Positions 46,122 through 59,464 of a stretch of 64,000 bases of DNA are shown here, piece by piece (the first letter of the stretch is position 1; each line of letters opens with the position of its first letter). A program made the position numbers and the translations under genes. The stretch covers positions 186,001-250,000 of the forward strand of contig CAUYUJ010000226.1 of the NCBI GenBank assembly GCA_963575745.1, read 5' to 3'. The notes under the pieces were generated by a model, which saw only the letters and a list, made by a program, of their open reading frames with translations, had not been told where the DNA came from and searched no databases. The stretch is from Prorocentrum cordatum (Eukaryota).

Positions 46122-48286
46122 TATTTGCTTGTCTCCAGATATCGAAGCAGCCCGAGTGACAATGGTCACTTGCTGCGGTCGTCGAGTGGGGCGCCCATCG
46201 TGTGCCGGGGTTCCGTTCTCGCGCCGTGGCGCGTTGAGCCAGATCCCAGCTCGCGGCGTCTTGTGGAGGCACTGGGGGCGGGGAAGTGGAGAGCAGCGCA
46301 GTGCCTTTGTTCTGCCCTGTACCTTTTCCAGAACCATTCGGACACCATGTCCTTCGCATATTGCGACATGCAAGTCTCGCGCGCCCGCGCAAGTTCCCGT
46401 TTCTCGACTTGTCGCTGCTTCGCCCAGGGACCTTTGCCATCCGCGCATGGTTCAGGGCCTGCTTCTTCGCTTGCCAGTCGCGCGTTTGCTTCGCCGCGTT
46501 GCCGTTCAGGCTCGCGTGCGAGGGCGGCGGGTGGCAGCGTTGCGATGAACGACTGGGGGCGTTCCAATGTCCTTCTGCCTCCTCGTTCCTCTTCCTCCCT
46601 CATCCAGCGTTCCAATGTCCCCCCTCGTTCCTCCTCCTCCTCTTCCTCTTCCTTCTTCCTCTTCAGCAGGCTAGGCGGCACTTTTTTGTTTCTTCCTGGG
46701 CTCGGCGGCGGGAGCGTTTCCGCCGCCCCCCAGGGCGCCCGGGTCAGGGGCAATCGCCCGCAGGCGGGCCTGGGCTTCAAGCCACGACGACCCTGTCAGA
46801 CGTCTCGGAAGGAGGGGCCGCCCCCCTGCTCATCTCGCAGAGACCGACGCGGGCGGCGCGTGGCCGCTGGGCCCGCGCGGTGCCGGCGAGGCGCTGCCTG
46901 TCGGCACTGCGAAAGGCTTGGGCAGTGCCAGTCCTTGCGCCGCGGGAGTTTGCTTGCGCTGGGAGTCGGGCGCCGTTCCGGCGGCTGCGGCGCGGGATGT
47001 CAGCGCGGGGCCGCTGGGCCCCGTTCGTGGCTAAGTGTCTGAACGGCGGGCTAGCCTATTCGAGCCATACAGGCTCGCTTATGCGCTATTTGTTAGTTAT
47101 CGTTCCTTCTGCGTTATTCCTTTGGATAAAAAAGGGTTTCGTTCCTTATTTATCGTTCCCTAGGTCAGGCCGATGACTGCATCTCAACGCTTATCTGAGC
47201 CCGGGCTTGTCCTGTCCAGCTGGCGCGGGCGGCGCCCGGGCACTCCCGCCCGCGCGCCGGAAGGGGCGTGGATCTCGCATCGCCCGCGAACGCGGCGACT
47301 CCGCGCGGCGACGAGATTGCGGCATTGCCACGCGTCATCCGCGCAGCCGCTTGTCTCAGCGCGAGTCACTGTGTCGCCCTCGCAGGATGCAGCGCGCCCC
47401 GCTCCGCCGCGAGCTCCCCGCTCTGCCCTGTTTGATCGCCCGCGGGGCGGGTCGGCGTGTTCTCGCGAGCGCGGCGACGGCAAGGCCCGGTCGACTCCGG
47501 CGGCGGTGGAGCGAGGAGCTAATGCATATAGTTGGGCGCGTGTTTGCATGAGGGCGCCCGCGCATGTAAATCCATTCAATAGTTATGCGAATCGACGCGC
47601 GCGTGTATATCGGGCGACGGGCGCACTGCATGCTGCCGCGTCGCCAGCGCAGCCGCTTGCTTTCACTTGCAATGCTGTTTCGCCTGTGCAGTCCCAGGAG
47701 TTCTGGCTCGTGTTTCGCCGGCTGTCCCGGCCATTTCCCCCGCGGAGCCGCGGTGCCATTCTGGGGCGGCGGGCGCCCCGCGCGACGCGAAGCAGATGGG
47801 GCTCGCGGCCAGTCGGTCGGGCGACGCCGATTTCTCGCGTCGGGGCTGCGGCCGACTTGTTGGAAGTGGTTGCGTTGGACAGGAATGTCACCCGGCGTGG
47901 CGCTGCACTTCGCGCGCGCGCCACGCGGCGCAAATTTGGGGCGGGCAGAGGGTTCGGGGGGCTTGGCTGCGCCGTTGCTTCGGGTCGTGGTTTTGAGCTC
48001 CAAGTGCTTGCGCGCGCGCCTTTGTCGCAGCTGGGCGAGGCTGGGTGGGGGAGCCGGCCAGTTCGGCGTCGAGGGCGGCGCTGGAGGCCAGGCCGCTCGC
48101 CCCTCGCGCCCCCGCCCCCCTCTCTTTTCGATGCCCTTCTGGCCCGTCTCAATCTCCATCTGCATCGCCCTTCGCGGCTCAGCCCGCGCGTCGTCGCTGC
48201 CGACCGCCGTCGAGATCGCGGGCGCCGTGGCCCTCCATGGAAATCGCCGCCCAAGCGTCGGGCGCCGGCGTCGCGGTCGGGCCAAG

Positions 48287-48449
48287 GGCGACGCAGTGCT
48301 TCGAGATGATCACGAGGGGCCGCCCTCGACTCTACGAGAAGGGCGACGCAGCCCGGGCCCAGATGGCGATCGCCCAGGCGGCTTCCGAGCTGGCGACAAT
48401 GCGCCACATCGCCATGCGCGCCCACCACGTGATGTGGACGCAGGAGATG
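48287..48449 (+). CDS. Candidate exon (ATQCFEMITRGRPRLYEKGDAARAQMAIAQAASELATMRHIAMRAHHVMWTQEM)
   Basis: ccaag|G acceptor and ATG|gc donor; protein-like composition within non-coding-like GC-rich DNA. Confidence 0.5.
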
Positions 48450-48669
48450 GCAGATGTGCGGACGCTGTCGTGCTCGAGCTGGGCACTCGGATTTGGCGCG
48501 GCAGTGCGCGCGGTCTGTCCGCGCAAGACCCCCTGCCCGCGCCGTGCCGCTCCTAGACTGCTATATATCGCCTTTTCCTCTTCCCGCCCCGTCGATTGAC
48601 GCGCCCCGCCGCTGCGTCGCCCCCCGCCCAGTTAGCGCCTGGCTGATTTTTTATCTCGGGCGGCAAGAG

Positions 48670-48831
48670 TCAGGAGGGGAAAAAACACACAGACACAATT
48701 AATCGTCCACTCCCAGAAAATATGGGAAAATATGGGAAGTGGGGGGGAAGACAAAAACCCAGAACATATGGGAAACATATGGGAATCTTTCTATTTGTGT
48801 GTATTTATTTGTGTGTCCCAGGGCTCCTTCA
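48670..48831 (+). mobile_element. Family A short element
   Basis: TSD aagag/aagag. Confidence 0.85.
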
Positions 48832-49530
48832 AAGAGTTGCTCTCGGGAGGTCGCCGCGGGCGAGCACGCTCGGCGGGCCGCGGGCCACAGGCGATATTTC
48901 TCTTTCAACTCTCCGTCGCCGCCGCCCCGCGCCGTCTCCGCGCCCCGTCGTTTTTTTCCGCGCGGGGGCGCGGGCAGAATGTCCCCCCGCCCCTTATTTG
49001 TCGTGTTTGCTCCTCCTTTTAAATGTTTTTTTTTTTTTTTTTTTTTTTACAAAAAAAAAAAAAACATGATTTTATTACTTTTATTATTTGTATTTTGTTT
49101 CCTTTTGTTTGTTCGCCCCGCCTCAAGTTTGTCTCGTTCGTTGCCCTTGCTCTCGCCGCCCTCTCTCCGCCGCCGAGCGGGGCGCGACGGATTCCGCGCC
49201 CGCGCGCGCGCGCCCGCAGAGCCGCGATACTTCCAGTCCCGCGCGCGCGCATCAACAGGCGGGCCCGCGCAGCTTATCTCGGGCCGCGCTGGGACATGCT
49301 CGCCAGATCGAGCTCCTTCAGACCGAACTCTTCGGAGCACTGGCGCCCAGTTGCCTCTGCCCCCGCAGCTTCGGGCCGACGCGGCCCCGGGGCGCCGGCC
49401 GCCAGTTGAAGGCAGATGGCGCGGGCGAGTCTCGCGCAGATCGCGCAGAGCTGGCGCGCGACCGCATCGAACTTTCAACGCGCGTCAACGTAGCATTTCA
49501 AATCGCCGCGTTAGTTTGCCGATTTTTATT

Positions 49531-49577
<47 letters not shown>

Positions 49578-51749
49578 GCGCGAGGCCGCCTGGCTGAAGC
49601 CATCCTTGCACTGGCGAGCCGACGCAGCCCAGAGCGCCAGCCGCGCGGGGCCCTCTTGCCTCGCCCCCGCCCGCGCACATCCAACCGACCTGCTCTTGGC
49701 AGGGCTCGCGCGCGACAACGGCGCTGACACCTGATCGGTTCACCCCCCTCCTCGCCCTCGCTGCACGTCCGCCTCCTCGTCGCGCCTCGGCGCCATCGCC
49801 CTTGCCACCCCCCCCTTCCCGCTGAGCCTCCGCCCCGCGCGTCTCCTCTCAGCCCCCCGCCAGTTTCTCCGCCCCCTTTCCGACTTCCCTTCGCCCCCCC
49901 GCCCAGGGGCCGCAGGCGCCGGCCAGCAGGTTGAATTCTCAATTCCTTGTTTCATTCGTTTTGCTTGTCGCGGCCTCCGGCGACGTCGAGCCGACGCCGC
50001 CCAGGGGCGCCGGCCAACGGGTTGCGGCACATCTTTAAGGATGCGCTCTGTCGGAGGCATCCACAGCGATTGCGTCTTGCGCGCCAGATCCGAGTCTTAG
50101 ACAAGATCTCGTTTCGCTTGAGCCACCGTTCCCAAGTCGAGCCGACGTTGCCCTGAACACAAGCTTCCAGGTCGAAGGTTTTTTGCTTTGCCGCGCCTTG
50201 TGTCCTTCGCGAGGCCCGCGCGGATTCGTTTGCAGATGCCCCTGTTTTGTTCAGCCCGCCTCGCCCTTGCTCTCGCTTCTGGCTTCTTCCTCTCCCGGGC
50301 GTCCTCGCCGTGCTCTGCGCCCTTCCCGCTGGGCCTCAGCTTCCAGATCTCTCTCAGCGTGTTTCTGGTTCGCGTTCCGCTCCCTGCCGTCGTGACCTTC
50401 CGCCGCCACTCGGGAAGTAGTAGGAGTGCGAGGCGCCAGGTTTAACCCGCGCTGCGTTGCGGCAGTCGCCTCTCCAGGATTGGCCGCGGGATCTGGGATT
50501 TTGGACTTGGGGCCCGGGGTTTCGCGTTTCGCGTTTGGGTTTTAGGGCGAAGCCCGCTGGGCGCATCCCAACTCGCCCGCGACCCATGACGGAGAATTCA
50601 GCGCGTCGACGATGACGGCGATGCTCTTGCCAAGAAGACAAAACGACGCATCGCCGATGCATCGGCGTAGCGTCCGGTCCCAGGTCGTTCCTTCGGAATT
50701 GAGTTCCCGCGCCGAGGCTGCCAAAGTTTCGCCGGAACCCAGGGGGCCACTGTCCAGCCTCCGCGCGGCGGCCCCTGGGGAAGGGCATGGGCGCCGCTCT
50801 TGACCCGCAAGGGTCGAGGTCGCGCCCGTGCCCTTCGCGGAAGACACTCTGAGCGAACACTTGCGCGAGAGACGCATCGCGAGCGCATCTGCCCAGGGCG
50901 CGCGCGGGCGGGGAACCCGTGCGCCGCGCGTCGAGCGGCGGCGCCGCGAGCCCCGGGGCCCCCCCAGAAGCCTCCAAGAGTTCGCCGACGCGGGGGGCGA
51001 GCCTTGGAGCGCCCGGGGCGCCTCGGGAGGCCTGGAGCTGGCGTGGCAGCGACTGGGCCGCGCCTGGGAGCGCTTGGGGGACGCATGGGGGTCGTCTGGG
51101 AAACTTGGGGAACGCCTGGGAGCGCCTCCGAGAGTCCACGCGCTCTGGAACGCCGATCTTCTAGGGAAGCTTGGAGCTGCTGCGGCAGTTCCCGGGCCGC
51201 GCCCTGGAAGCACGTGGGGGGGGCGCCGTGGAAGCGCCTGGGCAGCACCTGGGAGCCGCCCGGGAGCGCCGCGGGCACAAACGCGCGCCTGCACGCACGG
51301 GATTGTATTGGAGAGGCCTGACGGCCGGTGCCGCCGACCCTGATCGAAAGGGCTAGGAGTGGGGGGAGGAAGCGGAGGATGAGGAGGAGGAGGAGAAGGA
51401 GGAGGAGCAGGAGGAGGAGGAGGAGGAGAAGGAGGAGGAGGAGGAGGAGATCGGATTGTTTTGACATTGGTCGCTCGGCGGTGCATTTTTGCTTTGCTTT
51501 GTCAGTTCCAAGGGATTTGGGCCGTATGGGCAGAGCACTGCTTTTTCAACAAAGGATAATGGGGGCGGATATATGGAGCGGTCGAAGGGGCGGCATAAAA
51601 AGGGGTCTGCCGTATTATTGTTTGGTATTATTATTACTATTATGATGTGTATATATATATGTATATAAATGAATAAGTGCATATATAGACATATGTGTAT
51701 ATATATATGTATGTACATATATATATATTATATATATATATATGTGGTC

Positions 51750-53043
51750 GCCCCCCCCCCCCCCAGCACCCCCAAACCACCAAAACCACAAAATCTTCAC
51801 TGATCGTTTCTCCTCGTCGCTCTCCTCCTCAAACCACAAAATCTTCACTGATCGTTTCTCCTCGTCGCTCTCCTCCTCCTCCTCCTCCTCCTCCTCCTCC
51901 CCCTCCTTCTCCTCCCCTCCTCCTCCTCCTCCTCCTCCTCCTCCTCCTCCTCCTTCCCTGCGTCTCCCAAGCCAAGGAAACCTAAAATGCATTGTGTATG
52001 GCGCCGTCGGTGCAAGGAAATGCTGTGTATGTTTGGTTTTGTTGGTTTTTTTTTGTCTGAGAAGCAAGGAAACGCTGTGTAATTTTGTTTTTTTTGTTGT
52101 TTTGGTTTTGCAAGCCCGAATGCCCGCGCTGGCCTCCCTCTCAGCACCCTTCCATGCGCCTCAGACCAAGACAACCAAAATTACACAGTGTTTGTCGCCC
52201 TCGGTGCAAGGACACGCTGTGTATTTTGGGTTTGAGAATCAAGGAAACCTTGTGTATTTTTGGTTATTTTTATTTTTTCGGGTTTTGCAAGCCCCTTTCC
52301 TTTCCTCTTCCTTGTTGCAAAACAAGAAACCAAACATACACAGTGTTTGGCGCCCTCGGTGCAAGGAAACGCTGTTTTTTTTTGGTTTGAGAATCAAGGA
52401 CACCTTGTGTAGTTTGTTTTTTGTTTTTTTGTTTGGTATTGGACGCCCCGACGCTCTCACCAGCCTCCCTCCCAGCACCCTTAGAGCTTGCAAAACCCAA
52501 AAAAAAACACAAGGTTTCATTGATTCTCACACCAAAAAAACAACAAAACAACCAAAAATACACAGCGTTTCCTTGCACCGAGGGCGACACACACTGTGTA
52601 TGTTTGGTTGTCTTGGTCTGAGGCGCATGGAAGGGTGCTGAGAGGGAGGCCAGCGCGGGCATTCGGGCTTGCAAAACCAAAAAAAAAACACAAAACACAC
52701 ACAAATACACAGCGTGTCCTTTGCTTCTCAGACAAAAAAAAACAAAAAAAACAAAAATACACAGCATTTCCTTGCACCGACGGCGCCATACACAGTGCAT
52801 TTTAGGTTTCCTTGGCTTGGGAGACGCAGGGAGGAGGAGGAGGAGGAGGAGGAGGAGGAGGAGGAGGAGGAGGGGGAGGAGAGGAGGAGGAGGAGGAGGA
52901 GGAGGAGGAGGAGGAGGAGGAGGAGAGCGACGAGGAGAAACGATCAGTGAAGATTTTGTGGTTTGAGGAGGAGAGCGACGAGGAGAAACGATCAGTGAAG
53001 ATTTTGTGGTTTTGGTGGTTTGGGGGTGCTGGGGGGGGGGGGC
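51750..53043. mobile_element. Foldback-like element with ~540-bp inverted arms, inside a (TA)n tract
   Basis: 51750-52292 is the approximate reverse complement of 52486-53043. Arms contain subrepeats and (CCT)n/(GAG)n; TA microsatellite on both sides. Confidence 0.85.
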
Positions 53044-53047
53044 AAGT

Positions 53048-53089
<42 letters not shown>

Positions 53090-53869
53090 TCTTAGTTTTA
53101 AGGGCGGTGGCCTCCGAGCTGATCGGTTTTGGCTTCGGGCCTCGGGGTTAGGGCTCAGGGCTTAGGTTTGCGGGCTCACGGCCCAGGGATTTCGGAATGG
53201 GGGACGGGCGTTGGGAAGAGCAACGGCTGGAAATTCAGGGCGGAGGGTTTAGGATTTCGGTGATGGACATAGAGCGTATGGTTCGTTTTGGATGTGTTTT
53301 GACGGTGTGTCTGCTTGTTGGGTTGGGGGTTCGGTTTTTTGACATTATCGGTGTGTGGTTCGGGGATGTTGGAAGAAGGGGGGTTTCTGAGTTTGCTATG
53401 CCGGCTGCTGGGTGTGACTTTCGAGTTTTTGATGTTTGATTGATGGATTTCTGGGCCTGAGCGAACAATGGTGGGCTTGCCCTTTCCAGGCTTCTTTATG
53501 CTTTCACTTATGGGATGTCTTGGTTTGCCTTCGGTGCCGCCCCGGGGGGGTCCGCGCGACAGGGGAAAGAGTCGGGGGAGCGTAAGACCCGGGTTTGCCA
53601 GGACTCGGGTTCGCCATCGTTTTTTGACGACCGCGACTCGGATTTTGACGAGGAGGAGTTTTGTGGGATGTCTGCAGCGGGAGGCCTCGTCAACATGCAG
53701 GCTCGGCCTCGTCATTTTTTGACGACCTCGTCGGGGATTTCCGAGTCCCCCGTACCCGGGTCTTACGTCTCCCCGAAAGAGGTCCAGTGCCGATCCAGGA
53801 ATTCCGCGCGGAGCTCCGAACATGTATGTACGGGCAGTTGTTTTTTTCCGTCTCCTGCCCTATCCACAC

Positions 53870-53941
53870 GGACATCGAGTGGGACACGTACTTGTCGGAC
53901 GGCTTCCAGGTGTGGTACCTCGTCCACAATGAGGATTGGCG
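53870..53941 (+). CDS. Candidate exon (DIEWDTYLSDGFQVWYLVHNEDW)
   Basis: Protein-like sequence after a pyrimidine tract; CG|gc donor; acceptor uncertain. Confidence 0.4.
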
Positions 53942-54179
53942 GCGTGCGGGGGGGGGGGCGGAGCGAGGGGGAGCACGTTTGTCAGAAGGCGGCGGGCCTT
54001 CACAGCACCCTCTCAGAGGTCTTCCGTTTTCAAGAGCGAAAGTAGGGCGTACACGTACACGAGGCCATGCTGTTTTCGAAAGCGCGCGTTGCGCGAACAT
54101 TCGTAAGTTGAGGCTGGTTTCGCAGACTGGGGTGCCGTATTCGTGTATGCGGCTCCGGAGGGGGGGAGAGGAAGAAGGG

Positions 54180-54578
54180 TAGGAGGAGGAGGAGCAGGAG
54201 CAGGAGGAGGAGCAGGAGGAGCAGGAGGAGCAGGAGGGGGAAGCGGAAGAGGGGGAGGAGGAGGAGGAGGAGGAGGAGGAGGAGGAGGAGGAGGAGCAGG
54301 AGGAAGAGGAGAGGAAGAGGAGGAGAAGAGAAGAGGAGGAGAGGAGGAGGGAGGAGGAAAGAGGGGAGGAGGAGGAGTAGGAGGAGGAGTAGGAGGCGGA
54401 GGAGGAGGGGGAAGCGGAGGAGGAGGAGGATGAGGAAGAACAAGAAGAAGCAGAGGAGGAGGAGGAGGAGGAGGAAGAGGAGGGGGAGGCGGAAGAGGAG
54501 GAGGAAGAGGAGGAATAACAAGAAGAAGCAGAGGAGGAGGAGGAGGAGGAGGAGGCGGAGGGGTAGGAGGAGGAGGAA
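54180..54578. repeat. (GAG)n-rich tract
   Basis: Seen directly; similar tracts at 20321-20555, 37845-37945, 60193-60310 and 61460-62040. Confidence 0.9.
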
Positions 54579-54780
54579 CGCGTACGTCCTTCGTGGGTTC
54601 CCTATCTGTGCTTCGGGGAGGCCTGTGCCTTTCGGGAGGCCCGCACCGTCTGCCCTTCCCCCCCCCTCCGGGCGCGCCGCCCAGAGGAGCCTGGGAACCG
54701 GGGCAACATGTTCGTCTTCGAGACGGACCGGGTTCCCTCCCGGGCGCCCGAAGTTCTGGGCCTCCTGGACGGGGTCGGAG

Positions 54781-54949
54781 TACACCTTAGGCGATGCTTA
54801 AGAAAACTTAAATTTTCGGCCAGAGTCTCGATTATTCTTAATGTTTCAATGTAAATCCTAAGATTTGAATGGAAACTTTAGGTTTTTATTCAAGTTCTGA
54901 GACTATGAATTTCTTAACCCATGATTTCTTAAGCATTTCGCAGGGTGTA
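54781..54949. mobile_element. CACC…GGTG MITE
   Basis: TA/TA flanks. Confidence 0.85.
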
Positions 54950-54961
54950 CAGTCGAGGCGC

Positions 54962-55113
54962 TGAAGAAGGAATCCTTTTCGTTGGGGAGGGGCTCGGTGT
55001 TCCTCGACTGTTTCGCAGCTTGCCTCAGGTTTTCCTCATGTTTTCGATGGGAGATCGAAGTTTAACTTGTGGAAAAAAGGGGCCTCGTTCCTTATTTAGG
55101 GTTCCTTAGGTCA
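54962..55113 (+). mobile_element. Family I short repeat (TGAAGAAGG…CCTTAGGTCA)
   Basis: Second copy at 35425-35576 and a related 3' end near 47130-47167; flanks gcgc/gcgc here. Confidence 0.7.
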
Positions 55114-55847
55114 GCGCTCCGACTGTAGGTGGGGTCGGAGGATCGCGCCGCATCGCCGATGTATCGGCGCTGCGGCGAGATCTCCCGACCCCATCTACTC
55201 CGACCCCATTTTGGGAGGCCTCTTGACAGTGGGCGGGTGGTAATGGGGTGTGACCTAGATGGGGGTTCAGGTTCAGATGCAGCTTGCGTGCCAGCTCCGC
55301 GTGAGCGGTCCCCTGAAGGGCAGGCGGTGCTCAAAGCTACACGCTACAGATGCAGAGTACATAATAGTTACATAATGCTGCGTGCACTACTTCGGTAGCA
55401 AATCATGGGCGTCTTTAGTACCCTCTTAATTCCGTCTTTACCGTCCACTAGCGTCGATGAGCGTGTGGGAGTCGATGAGATAGCATCGATGTAGTGTTGG
55501 TTAGTCGGTTAGCGTCGACTAGCGTCGACTTAGCATCGATTTAGCGTCGATGAGCATCGAGCAACGTAGATTCGCAAGAGCCGACAAGACGGTATGGGAG
55601 GCTCCAGGGGTTCTACCGGAACAGCCCAATCGGGGGTGGGGACAAAGTCCCTAATATTGTAGGTCACCCTCCATTACCACCCGCCCGACGATACGGGTAC
55701 GGAAAAATTGAGTACGATGCCCAACAGCAAGAGTTGTCCAAAACCGACAGCGGTCGTTGATGGTCAGGCGGCCTTCTGTCTCAAGTAGGCAACGCCCGCA
55801 ACGACGTCGACAGCGAGTTTTTTTCAACCAGACAGGTTGCTCGCCCG

Positions 55848-56170
55848 CCCTGCATACCGCGGCCGCCAGATCCCCAGGCTCCCAATAATCCCGAGTGGTC
55901 CCGCCCCGCCCCCGCCTTGCATACCGTGGCCGCCAGATCCCCAGGCTCCCGATAATCCCTGGTGGTCCCGCCCCATCCCCGCCCTGCATACCGCGGCCGC
56001 CAGATCCCCAGGCTCCCGATAATCCCTGGTGGTCCCGCTCCCCACGCCGACTCGCCCACGCGGCATACTGCTGCCGCCAGATCCCCAGGTTCCCGATAAT
56101 CTCTGAGGGTCCCGCCCCCCGCGCTGGCTCGCCCACTCTGCATACCGCGGCCGCCAGATCCTCAGGCCCC
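55848..56170. repeat. ~67-78-bp tandem repeat, ~5 units
   Basis: Core gcataccgcggccgccagatccccaggctcccgataatccc. Confidence 0.85.
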
Positions 56171-56464
56171 CCACAGAACAGAGCATAACACCAAACCACC
56201 GAACAGAGCAGATCCGAGCATTACATAACATAGCATGACAGACCGTATCGTAACAAAACATACCATGACAGAGCAGTGCATACCATGGCACAGCAGCACA
56301 GCATATACAATTCCATACCATGACACATCTAGCATACAGTACTAAACCAACGCATAGTTGAACATGCCAAGACATAAAGTTTCACACCATAATGCCATGG
56401 CATATCATTTCATAGCACAGCAACACGTAACAGCGCAGGATGTGGCAGATCGGAGCATTCATAC

Positions 56465-56714
56465 CTTAGTGGGCCCTGGAAACGACAGGGCCGTTTTTGT
56501 TACTGGTTCCGTTCTGCCGTTTTTTTGCCGTTTCCGACTCCGTGTTTTCACCGGTTCCGTCGCCGTTGTTTGACTGGTTCCGGCTCCGGTTCCAATCCTG
56601 GAGCCGTTTTTTTGCCGTTTCCGGTCGCCGTTTGTTTGCCGTTTCTATTTTCAAGGGGCATTTTTTGGGAAACGATTTAAAAAAACGGCCCTGCCGTTTC
56701 CAGGGCCCACAAAG
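56465..56714. mobile_element. 250-bp MITE with 8-bp TSD (hAT-like)
   Basis: TIR cttagtgggccctggaaacgacagggccgttttt / aaaaacggccctgccgtttccagggcccacaaag; TSD attcatac; internal ccgttt subrepeats. Confidence 0.85.
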
Positions 56715-57425
56715 ATTCATACCACAGCAAAACAGAGCATACCATCAAATGGCATGATGGAGCATCACAACATACACCATGGCAGAACAAACCACAACAA
56801 AACACAGCGTCGCAGCACATATCATGACATAACATGGCAAATCATAACATGACAGAGCGCGGCTTAAGATACTATACCAGAGCAACACGGAGCATAGCAA
56901 AGCACCATACGCTATGACAGCATTAGTCACACAGAGCATAACATAAAGCCACATCTCACAACACAACGTAAGCGCGCCCGTGCGGACTCAACGCCCACTC
57001 TGCAAAGCCAACACAAGCTACCACCCGCACCACACCCCCGTGCCGACTTGCCCACTCTGCCCGCCGAGCCCCGCGCACATCCTTCCCGTGAGCGCGCACA
57101 CCTTCGGGACCAATCGCCGAAGGTTTCGTCTGGGAGCGCTCGAAGCAAAAACAATGTTTGTCTACCTGGCTCGGAGTTTCTTTCAGTCGTCATCTATCGT
57201 ATCGATCGTACCGAGATTCCACCCCATCCCATCGTTCGTATCGGTCAGGTCGATCGAATACACGGGCCAGGTCGGTCACATTGGTCGATCGCCTCGGTCA
57301 GATCCACCGGGTCGACCACGTCGACTGCACAGGAACAGTTTCCCCTGCCCGCTGCGATCCGACCGAGGTGCCGACGTCCAGCTCCTCGACGCTGCGGCTG
57401 GAGGGGGACCGCCTCGAGCAGGTGC

Positions 57426-57595
57426 TCACCACCCACCGAACCACCCCAACCGAACCCGAAGGCTCAGATTTACCCTCGATTTCCAGTGGGGGGGGGGGTC
57501 GGGAAACATAGAAAAAACACATGTGGAGCCCTTACCCCCCCCCAACCCGAAATTCGGGTCTTCGAGTTGGTTTGGGGTGGTCTGGTAGGAAGTCA
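57426..57595 (+). mobile_element. Family C MITE
   Basis: Flanks ggtgc/ggtac (4/5). Confidence 0.8.
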
Positions 57596-57777
57596 GGTAC
57601 TCCCCTCCGCCGGCCCGCGCGGCCCCGCCGCGCCGGTGGACGCGTCCGAGCTGCGCGCCCGGTACCTGGACATCCGGAGGCGAGGATCGGGGCGGTCGGC
57701 CCAGGGGACGGCATTATACGCATCCGCCCGGGAGCCTCGCCGAAGGCATGGACTATCGGCGCCCCTGCATGCATGTA

Positions 57778-57990
57778 TCTGGACGCCCGAGATGGGTACG
57801 GAAGGAAGGGGTACAATGCCCAGCAGCAGTTCTTGTGCATGGTGAACCGGACTCGCTGTCCACGCCGCCGTGGTCTGTGTCACTTCGAGACAGAAGGCCG
57901 CCTGCCCAACAGCGGCCGCTGGTGGTTTGGGACAACATTTGTTGTTGGGCATTGTACCCATTTTTTCCGTACCCATTTCGGGCGTCCAAA
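57778..57990. mobile_element. Family G MITE (TIR TCTGGACGCCCGAGATGGGTACGGA…)
   Basis: ~50-bp imperfect TIRs; TSD atgta/atgta. Partial relatives at ~43822-43954 (+) and ~55680-55815 (-). Confidence 0.82.
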
Positions 57991-59179
57991 ATGTATTGTT
58001 CTCCCCTGGGCCATTCGCCCCCGTCGTCGCCCCCGAGACATGCGGCCCGGCGAGTGCCTCGTGATGTCGGCGGGGGCAAAAGGGGTGGGCAGCGCATCGG
58101 GTCACGAGGGGCTTCGAGGGGTTCGAGGTTTTCGGATGCTTGCGTTGGTTCGAGCGGGCTTTCCAGCCTCGGGGTGCGTTCCAGCGGCTTCGCCGAGGGC
58201 GCTCTGGGGGGGGGGCCCAGATCGTCCTGATCGGGCGCCGGAAAGCCGAGTGATGACCCGAAAGCCTTATGGGGTGATCGGCCAACCCTGAGACCCTGTT
58301 TTCACTTTCACAACGGGTGAGTTTGCCTCGATTCGGGCCACTGGGTCCACACGGATGGATCTGGCTCGAAATATGCGGCAGAAAGATGGGGCTCCAGGCT
58401 CCAGGGTCCAGTTGATTTTTTTTCAATACCGCGTTGTCTATGTTTCGCGACGTGGGATCTCCAGGAAACGGCGGGCGTGACATTCACACGGTCATTGGAT
58501 TGGGAAGCCACGTCGGAGACAAGGGCCATGGAAGCCCATGGATACATGTTTTGGGGGGGGGGCAGATTCAGGGGGGTATGCATCTCAAGCAGTGCAGTGG
58601 CGAAGCGTCCCGGCTCGCCTATAGCCCCACCAAACAATGTTCTAAGAACCTTTTGTGGTTCCCACGAAATGTTCTTAGAACATGTCTGGCTGGGACTGTC
58701 TTGTTTTAACACATCGTGTTTATGTTCTAAGAACATTGCTTTTGTTGTTAGAGCATTTTTGGGTTCTAAGAACATTTCGTGGTATGACTACAGGAATGCC
58801 GGGACGGTCGGTCCCTGCTCAAGCATAGACCCTCAATCCGACATGCATCGCCTATTAGAGACCTGATGGCCCACCCCGCCAAGGGCCTTTGCGGATTTCC
58901 CATCGGGAGCTATCGCCGATCTATTGGCGATGTGTAGTCAATTCTGGGTGGATTCCTGGTCCATTGGCAATTGGTCAGCCAGGCACCCCCTTAACGTTGC
59001 CCCATGGGTGGTCGGAGCCCCTGGATACATGTGAGCGGCGGAAAAAAAACAAGTCTTATTCATGGACATTGGCGCGTCAGTTGCCCGCGTAAGTCGCGCG
59101 CAAGCACCCTCGTTTCCAGCATGGCGTGCCGCGCTGGCGGCCCGCGTACGCTACCGCGTAAGGTCGCTCTGTGTCATTG

Positions 59180-59354
59180 TCGGCCAGGGCTAGGACGAGG
59201 ATAAACCTGTTTGAGAGCGTTCCAGAACGCTCTCAGAGCGTTCTGGAACGCTCCGAGAAGGCCGCGGCGCCCGAGATCTCTTCCAGAGCCGCCGGATCTC
59301 AGAGATTCCCGATCAGTGCTCACCCGATGTTATCCCTGTCGTGGCTTCGTCTTA
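59180..59354 (+). mobile_element. Family H short repeat (tcggacagggctaggacgagg…cttcgtctta)
   Basis: Related copies at 26262-26415 (+), 31512-31660 (-) and ~38081-38258 (+). This copy is flanked by a 34-bp duplication. Confidence 0.7.
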
Positions 59355-59464
59355 CCGCGTACGCCACCGCGTGAGGTCGCTGTGTGTCTCACCGAGCGCT
59401 CTGCGCTGCTCGCAGAGTGCCTCCTCGCCAGCGCCCGGGCAGCAAAGTCTTCCGAAGTACATGC

